Shown here one piece after another: positions 56,300-64,000 of a stretch of DNA of 64,000 nt. The notes beneath the pieces are model-generated. The model saw only the letters and a list, made by a program, of their open reading frames with translations, was not told the DNA's origin and searched no databases. The stretch spans positions 496,001-560,000 of the forward strand of contig NW_026250426.1 of the NCBI RefSeq assembly GCF_024521635.1, read 5' to 3'. Both the position numbers and the translations under genes were made by a program. Positions within the stretch are counted from its first letter, which is position 1. Every line of letters begins with the position of its first letter. This DNA comes from Tricharina praecox (lineage: Eukaryota).

Positions 56300-59200
56300 G
56301 ACCATTGCCTCTACCAACCGCCCATTTCGCTATCATCATCATTCCGACTTCTATACATGTATTATTCTGGGTTCTTTCCTTGCTTTTTGTGTTTGGCTTG
56401 TGGCTAGGCCGTGCGTCGTTCCAACAAAATGGCGCTGTACATACAATTAGCCTCGTGGGGTTCGGTGCTGGAGTCAGTGTGAATTGGCAGATGGGTTTTC
56501 TCGTTCTTGGTTTTTTTTTTGGAGCGTCTATATCTTTTGGTTCAACTTATTTGGTTGGGGGGAGTGGGATCACGATACACTTCGTTCTTTTTTTTTCGTT
56601 GCCTCATTTCTCTTCAAAAATACTGGCGCCTCGAGTCTGCTTTTTTGATTCTTTTTTTTCTCCCCCTTCCATTCGAATTTTATCTTTTGGTTCATGGATT
56701 TTTGGAGGGAGGTGTATTTATGGGTATATGTGCTCTACGTTTTTTTTCCTTTGTCTTTTTTCATTTTTTTTCCTGGGAGGGGGAGGGGAATGGGGAAGGA
56801 AATACGCGGAGGATGGGGCACGGGGGGCATGGGGGGGCGTGCAAGGCCGCGCAATCATAGGCCTTGCTTTTCGGACGGTGATCGGGAGTTATTTTATTTT
56901 ATTTTTTGGCGCTCTGTTTTGGATCTGGTATCTACATGCATGTTGGTTGGAACTTGGGGGATCACCGGGGACCGAAGGGTTTGAAGGTTGGATGGTTGGA
57001 TGGATGGATGGATGGATGGATGAAAAAGACAAGGAATTTTGACCATGGACTCGCCGGAAAGATGATGGGAGATGGGAGATGGGAGTCGGGAGTCGCGACA
57101 CACATCAATGGTCGGTTCGTAATCAATACATCACACACACATACACACAGAAATACAAATACACGCACGCACAATGGCTCTATGACTTCTGCTGCTGGTT
57201 GAACACATTTTAACCACATGGGATCCCACGTACATACTTCCTACATACATATAATCATATCATACATCATATGTGATCGTCGTTATGTGGGCACTAGGTA
57301 TGTACACTGGGGCCTCCTCTTGTCTCGTCTTGTCTTGTCTTGACTGCGTCAAAATCGCCCCAACTCGAGGTGGGCACATGGTTATCAAACGCACATCATC
57401 CATCATCCATCATCCATTTCTGGGGGCATTGGGCGGTAGCCGTTAGTTACATGATATGTAGGGTGCTCTGGTTGCTCTGGTTCGTTGCTCTGGTTATTCT
57501 GATTGGGGTGGCCGGTCACTATTTAGCGTTGCGATATGTACCTAGAGTACGCAGAGTGAGTAGGTGCAAACCTGCAACCGACGGCGACGGCGGAGGTTTC
57601 TTTTTCCTTTTCGTTGCTTTCCTTTCATTTTCGTTGCTTTTCTTGAGCTTTTCTTTCCTTGAGTTTTTGTTCCGCTGGCTCAGTTTCCTTTCGAATCGAA
57701 TTGCCAGGAGCAAACCGGTGGTGGTGGCGGCGGGAAGCGTGCTGCGTGCTGCGTGCCCCATCTTCGGTGCGGTGGAGGATGGAGTACGGACCACGGTACC
57801 GCAGACCTGGGTACGTGCTACAGGCCTACGGCTTTTCCGTTGGTTCGTTGTGGAGAGGGTGGTGGTGGTGGTGGTGGTGGAGGGGGCGGTGGAGGGAGGG
57901 GGAGGGGGGATCAGCCAAGCAGGTGGGCGGGCAATCACTGCCAATACCTACTAAGGTATATACCTAGAGTAGAGTGCATACATAAGTCCATAAGTAAGGC
58001 AGGTTAGGGTAGTTGTGTGTTGCTTCTTCACGCTCGATATCGATGTATCGTATTGATGTATCGATGTATGATAGTTCTACCCTCCATCTCCTCTGCACAA
58101 TGCACACCTCTCCCCGCCGCTGGGTGCAGTGGTCCCGACGCCCCTCCCTCACCCATCCTGCAGCCCAGAGCGAAACCAGGGATCCATCCATCCACACGGA
58201 ATCCTCGTTCAGCATCAGCATCAGCATCAGCATCATCAGCATTATGTTTGGATTGGGCTGGGCTGGGCTGGGATGCTTCTGCTTCTTCTGCTTCTTCTGC
58301 TTCTTCTTTTTACACTACATACACACTTGGGTCCTTGGGTCGCGGTTCTTGGATGGGTGCACTTGTTGGCGGGGCAAGATACACAGATAGGTAAATCCGA
58401 TTGCTTGCAGCACACAAGTTTTGGTTTTGGCTTTTACACAGTTTTAGTTTTTTGGCCGGAGGTTTTTACAACCTACCGTACTCTATTGTCAGGTTGGCAG
58501 GTTGGCAGGTAACAGGTGGGCCTCCACCTGCGGGATGGCAGGGAGGAGGGGGGGAGGGGGGACAGTAGTTGGAACTTGAGACTTGGGTGGGGCTGGAGAT
58601 GCTACTCTAGCGAGCGAGGGAGGGCTTTTCTCAGTTCTGCAGTTCTGCACCCGTGGAGATGGTGCGGATGGTGCGGATGCGGATAGAGTTGGGGGAAGTG
58701 CGGATGGAGGCTGCGGTGGTGGTGGTGGTGGTGGAGGTGGTTGGAAGCATGTGAGGGAGAGAGCTCGGGCTCGAGGCGTCCGTAGGTATCACCATCATAC
58801 CACCCATCTGGCTACGGCTGGCTGGCTGGCTGGCTGGCTGGCTGGGGTGGTGCGAGACGCACAGAGACGTCCCGTCCGTGGCTGGAATCCACATCCATAT
58901 CACACATATGTAAGTACAACCACCCCCCGTCACGGTTCGTGAGATCCCGAGAATTGGGTAAGTACTATAACACCGTACTACTATATAGTTACCGTCCGCG
59001 TTCCTCACTCCGCCATGCGATGTATTCGCTACACTAAGTAGAGTAGTTACCGGTGCTCGTCTCCGGCCCTTCTCTTGGCCGGCAGCATGCGCTTCTGTAA
59101 TCTCCTTCTCCTCCTCCACCTCCTCACCGCGCCCCGCGCCGAGCCGCCCCGCCCGATCCGCTCGATCTATGAAGCAGTGCTAACAAGACTCTAGAGCTCG

Positions 59201-62200
59201 CAGTTATATGTACATACTAGAGTATGTATAGTTAACTAGCATGTAGCATCTCGATTGAGGGATATCGAGTATGGCCATGTGTTTTGGATCCCGGATTCCG
59301 CACACCCTCGCAGCTCGCACGCTCGAATCCACCCCGGGAAGCTGTCCGGAAGCACGCAGACGACGTCCACTTGCTCGCCACGCTCTCGCCACGCTCTCGC
59401 TCGGAGCGTAAATAAGCTTAAGCATTTTTGCTTTTTTTCCGCTGCTTTCTCTCCTCGTTGTTGTGCGGGCTGGGGTGGGGCTGCCTGAAGCACATGGGGG
59501 CGGGGGGGAAGACAGAGAGACAGACAGAGACAGAGCACGGCCATCGTCAGTCCTTGTCTCGGCCCGCATGTGCTCGCACAATAGCCCACCCAAACAAGCC
59601 TCGCCCAGGCCAGCCCCCAAAGAACCCATGCCCGAATGGTCGCAGCGGCCATGGCAGGCGGCGGACGACGGCTAACGGCGTGGCCTCCGCCTTCTTTTCC
59701 AAGAGAATTAGTCGAGACTCGACTTGACAGGGGGAGGTGGGGAGGGGAAGGGGAATCGGGGGGCTGCTGCTTGATGGAGATGGCCGTTTGCTTTTTTTTC
59801 TCTTTCTTGAAGGGAAGGGAAAGGCCAATCATCCACTGGTCAATTGGGCGGCGGCGTGGCGGGGGTTCAGATCGGATGTCTCTCCTCTAATAGCAGACCC
59901 CACTCCCCCTGTAGATGTGGTAAGTTCCGCGGCGAGACCCCGACCCCGACCCCCCAGTCACGCTCCGCACCGTGAGGGATCTGAACGATGAGCGAGCTCT
60001 GCGAGAACGAAGCTGCGAAGCTGCGATTGGGGAGTGCGCGCTATTAGTGAGAGGCAAGACACGACCGGCCGTTGTGAGATGTGATAGGAATGTATCTAAG
60101 TATTTAGAGTAATATAGCAAAGTGGTTGGTCGGTAGGTTGGCTGGTTGGTGGTCGGTTGGAAAGGCGGGCGGGGCGGGTGGGCGGGCGGCGAGGATGCAG
60201 GATGGATCGAAGTGTTTCCATTCGATGGCCGGAGCGCGTATGTATGGGTAGTAGATGCAGTTCGATCTCAGATTCCTTTTCTCGTGGACCATAGGAACCT
60301 CTGCTATGCTTCGGAACCGATCTTGTGGCGCCCTGGACACCGGAAGGGGGTGGTGGTGGTGGGCATTGACGCGCGGATGCCCTCCCACCCCCCATCGAGT
60401 TTCGGAGTCGAGTCTTCACTGTTGGCAAATCCGTCACTCCCCTCCCTCCTCCCAGCTGCGGTGTACGCACCAGATAGATAGTAGAGTAAGTAGTGACCTC
60501 ACTCAGCTGTGACTGATGGGGGAATCAAACAACCCGAGTGCAATATTGGCGTCCTACCGAGCAGACGGCGTCACGGCGGCGGCGGCGGAGCACATCCATC
60601 TTCAGCTTCTGCTCCTCGATGTGTCCTCGTAGAAAAGCAACCACGAGCAGTGACAGAATGCGTGGGACAGCATCGGACATCCCCCTCCAAGCTCCCGCCC
60701 CACCACCGGCGGTAGTCATTCCGTATCCGTCCAACACCTAGGCAGTTAGTTAGTAGGTAGAGTACTTGGGGGGGACTACACCGTATGCAATGTTTTGTTT
60801 GTCGTGATTGTCTCGCAAAAGTACTCACCTATACGCAAGGTGGTGGCGGCGGCGTAAGCTGGCAATCAAAGTGCTATTTGTTTGGTAAAGTATTCTCCGT
60901 GCCACGAGACATTCTTGAGTCTTTTGTGGCCCGAACGACACTCTAACTGTAAGTACTCCACCGCCCCGTGCATAATACATCCTCTACATACATACTCACA
61001 TACATACAGACTCATTTTTCATCGCTCCAGCCAGTCCAGCCAGCCAGCCATCCATTCACCAGTGACCAAACGCGCAATCATGTCCAGTCCAGTTCTGTCG
61101 CGTGCCAAAAGCCGGGCTTCGCATCCGTCCGTCAGTCACTCCAGTATCACATGTAGAGTAGATAGGACAAATCAACCGGACAACGGAAAAGCAAAGAAAA
61201 AAGAAAAAAGAAAGCACGCACCCAATCCGCAGTTGCCCAAGCAGCCAAGCTATGCATACATACATACTCTTTTCAACGCATCGCCAGTCTCCTCGTTCGC
61301 TCGCTCGCTCACTTTTGGAACAGGATCCAGATGAACCGAGATCAAGTCCGAATCGCGGACGAGTCAGAGTTCCAGGCCAGCCAAGAGTAGGGTCAGCCAG
61401 TGGTGGTGGTGGTGGTTCCGATTTGTGCTGCTGCGATCCGTGGGAATGAGGAGGAGGGGAGGACTCCTTTTTTTTTGCTTTCTTTCTTTCTTTCTTTCTT
61501 TCTTGCGATTCGTCACCGATAAGCGTACTGCGTGATGTGTGCTGCGTGCTGGTGCGTACAACATCATCATCACCATTATCATCACGGCGAAGGAAGAAAA
61601 GGAAAGAAAAGAAAAAAGCACCCCGTGCGGAGCGGAGAGAGCGGGTGATGGCTTGTGAATAGGTACACCAGGATCCGCCAGGCCAGTTACCTACGCTGGA
61701 AGAAGGAATCTATGTCGTGGCCGAAACAGGCAGAGTCCATACATAGTTGAACTCCGTGACTCAATCTGCCCGCCGAGCCGGATCGATCGCACCGACTCTC
61801 ATTTTCTACGACTAAAAGCCCCCCGCGCGTGATCACGACCGCCGTGCCGGTACACACATACACACATACACACATACACACATACACACATACACACTCA
61901 CATAGGTCCAGTACTACATATACGCCCCCTCCTCCCGAACAGGCGGATACATACCCAGCTACGCGATGCAGTGCAGTGCGTGCGGGATGGGCGTACATTG
62001 AAACATTCCGAGCACGACCGGCTCAGTTTTGGTGGTGAATCAGCAGCAGCAGTCACAGTATGTACACATAGCAGCAAGAGCTGGCACGGGTAGTTACTAT
62101 AGAGTACGTGGTTTGCAGCACAGTGAAGCTTGTCGCACTCGGACTCGGATTCGGAGCCTGCCTGCCTGCTTGGCAACGGCGGTTATTGGGCGCGCGAGGG

Positions 62201-64000
62201 CGCGCGGAGAGTTCTGTTGCAGACTTGCAGACTTGCAGTATTGCAGACTTGCAGTTGCATCGATGATCGATCCTTCGATTCTGGCGGGCGGAGAGCTAGA
62301 GTAGGTGCTGCTGGTGCTGATGCTGCTGGTGCTGATGCGCATAGATACGGTCAGCTTCCGTCCAGACAAAACTGGACAAAACTAGACACGGGTGGAGCGT
62401 GGGTGGGCATTGCGTACATACCATACATACCTAGGTAGATACGTTGGACTCGTGCGGGAACCGTATTTCTTCCCAGATGCAGTTTCAGGATGCGTATGTA
62501 CATACACACCTACATACAGTGTACACACGCCGTCATCATCCTCCACTGCGGAAAAGGGGATGAATCATGGATTGATGGATGAAAAGCTTTTCGTTCCAGG
62601 CTTCCAGGCTTCCAGCTCATCCGTTCCTGGTTTGGTTGTGCTGCATGCACCTGGGATTGCTTTTTGGAAGTTTAATCTTCATCGCAGTCGATCGTGCTAT
62701 GTCCAGGTATATCATGGCAGTTACAGACAGAAATGGCACACGGCGAGTGATGGTGTGTGAGGAAATGCAGGTGGCCGTCCGCAGTAGGTATACCGTATAC
62801 CTAGTACATGGACACTGGCGGTGGCTGTTGGTCCACTGCAAGGTTTATTGATTGGATATGTCAGGCTGGCTACACATTCCGTCCATAGGAAGGAGGCATT
62901 TATCGATCTCAAGTTACTATGGTGCAGATGTCGAGCAGTTTGTTAATTTTTGCAGTCACTGGCACTGCATGGAATAAAATAACCTTTTCCTTCCGGTAGC
63001 ACGATAGCAGTGAGGATCTCACTGGTTGGCGTTGTACTCTATGCAATTGAATCAACGGGTTAGAGTCCGTCCTCTTTTTCGGTGAACTGAATGCCGTACC
63101 TAGGTACCTATGTGACTGCATGATGAAAGTTGAAACGATTCCAAAACTGCAACGAGATACCTAGATAGGTATTTTCCTGCTCACCTGGGAAACTTACTCA
63201 GCTTTAAGCTAGACCTAGTTCTTTTTTCGAGACGATCAGATGTCAAACGGCCAAAATAGGCAGCAAAACAAGCAGCCAACAGTTTGGGGGGTTCGGTAGT
63301 GCCGCATCCCCCCCTGAGTGACTGAGACTCTGAGAGCAGTAGTGTTGAGCGAGTATGCGAAAAAAGTGTTGGTATATAGAGGGGTTATGAAGGCCTACAT
63401 GGTACATGTCATAAGTGCAATATTTGACTTATGCCCATCGGTTGACTAGCCTGCCTTTGACTCGCGGGGATGGTGGGGCTGGCAGACTTGAATGCGTATG
63501 CCCCTCCCCCCTCCCCATCCCCCATTGATAATAACCGAACGGTTTCACAGGATGCACAGATATGTGGGCCGTTGTAACTTATAACTTGTGATCCGCGGGC
63601 AGAAATAGGTCGTGTTCGGCTCAGGACTTGGGCCCGGGCCTGAAGAATCAGGCGTGGACTCCGTATACCTGACTGTGTACATATACAAACAGTTCATACA
63701 TATCATACCGGTTCGATTCGGCCGAAACTGAACTGAATTCGACCAAGGGTTGGCGGATGTGGCACAACGTATTATGTCAATCGTTTTTGTTCAGCACGTG
63801 TGATGGGAACTTCATTGCATTAGGCGTTCAAGACTTCGCGCCCCCTTTCGTAATAGTACAGCTGGTGAGCCCTTTTACGCATCGCTTCTGATGGAAAGTA
63901 TTGGAATCTGGATGGGAGCCGTTTAGATCAGCGAAATCAGAATCTGGGTTGCGTGTTCGTATCCAGTTTCATGGGCTGGGCTGCGTGGTGGGATATTTTG

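Noticed and set aside
56305..57954. Phe-rich 245-aa and 204-aa ORFs downstream of the transcription factor
   Set aside because: Translations of T-rich 3'UTR and intergenic sequence with non-ATG starts.

Overview
Eukaryotic genomic DNA from a filamentous ascomycete (short GT-AG introns with CTRAY branch points; probably Pezizomycetes, by inference only). Bases 1-39 kb are gene-dense: DUF262 protein, glucokinase, Roadblock/LC7 protein, TRM44, GNA1, RPL24, dienelactone hydrolase, AMID/AIF-like oxidoreductase, F-box/ankyrin protein, UBC13, WDR59/Mtc5, tRNA-Gly(UCC), a small membrane protein, glutamate decarboxylase and cryptochrome DASH. This part also holds a deleted Mutator element and a 5'-truncated LINE, both with recognisable target-site duplications. 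Bases 39-64 kb are microsatellite-rich and hold only one recognisable gene, an NsdC-like C2H2 transcription factor. The most interesting signals are hidden protein isoforms that an ORF caller misses: (1) an intron overlapping the dienelactone hydrolase stop codon whose removal adds a peroxisomal -AKL signal; (2) a 216-codon in-frame N-terminal extension with a transmembrane segment on a glucokinase that ends in -ADEL; (3) a ~235-codon AUG-free in-frame extension of the NsdC-like factor, suggesting non-AUG initiation. A perfect 20-bp stem lies in RPL24 intron 1. Exon models were built by hand and checked for frame; no database searches were run.
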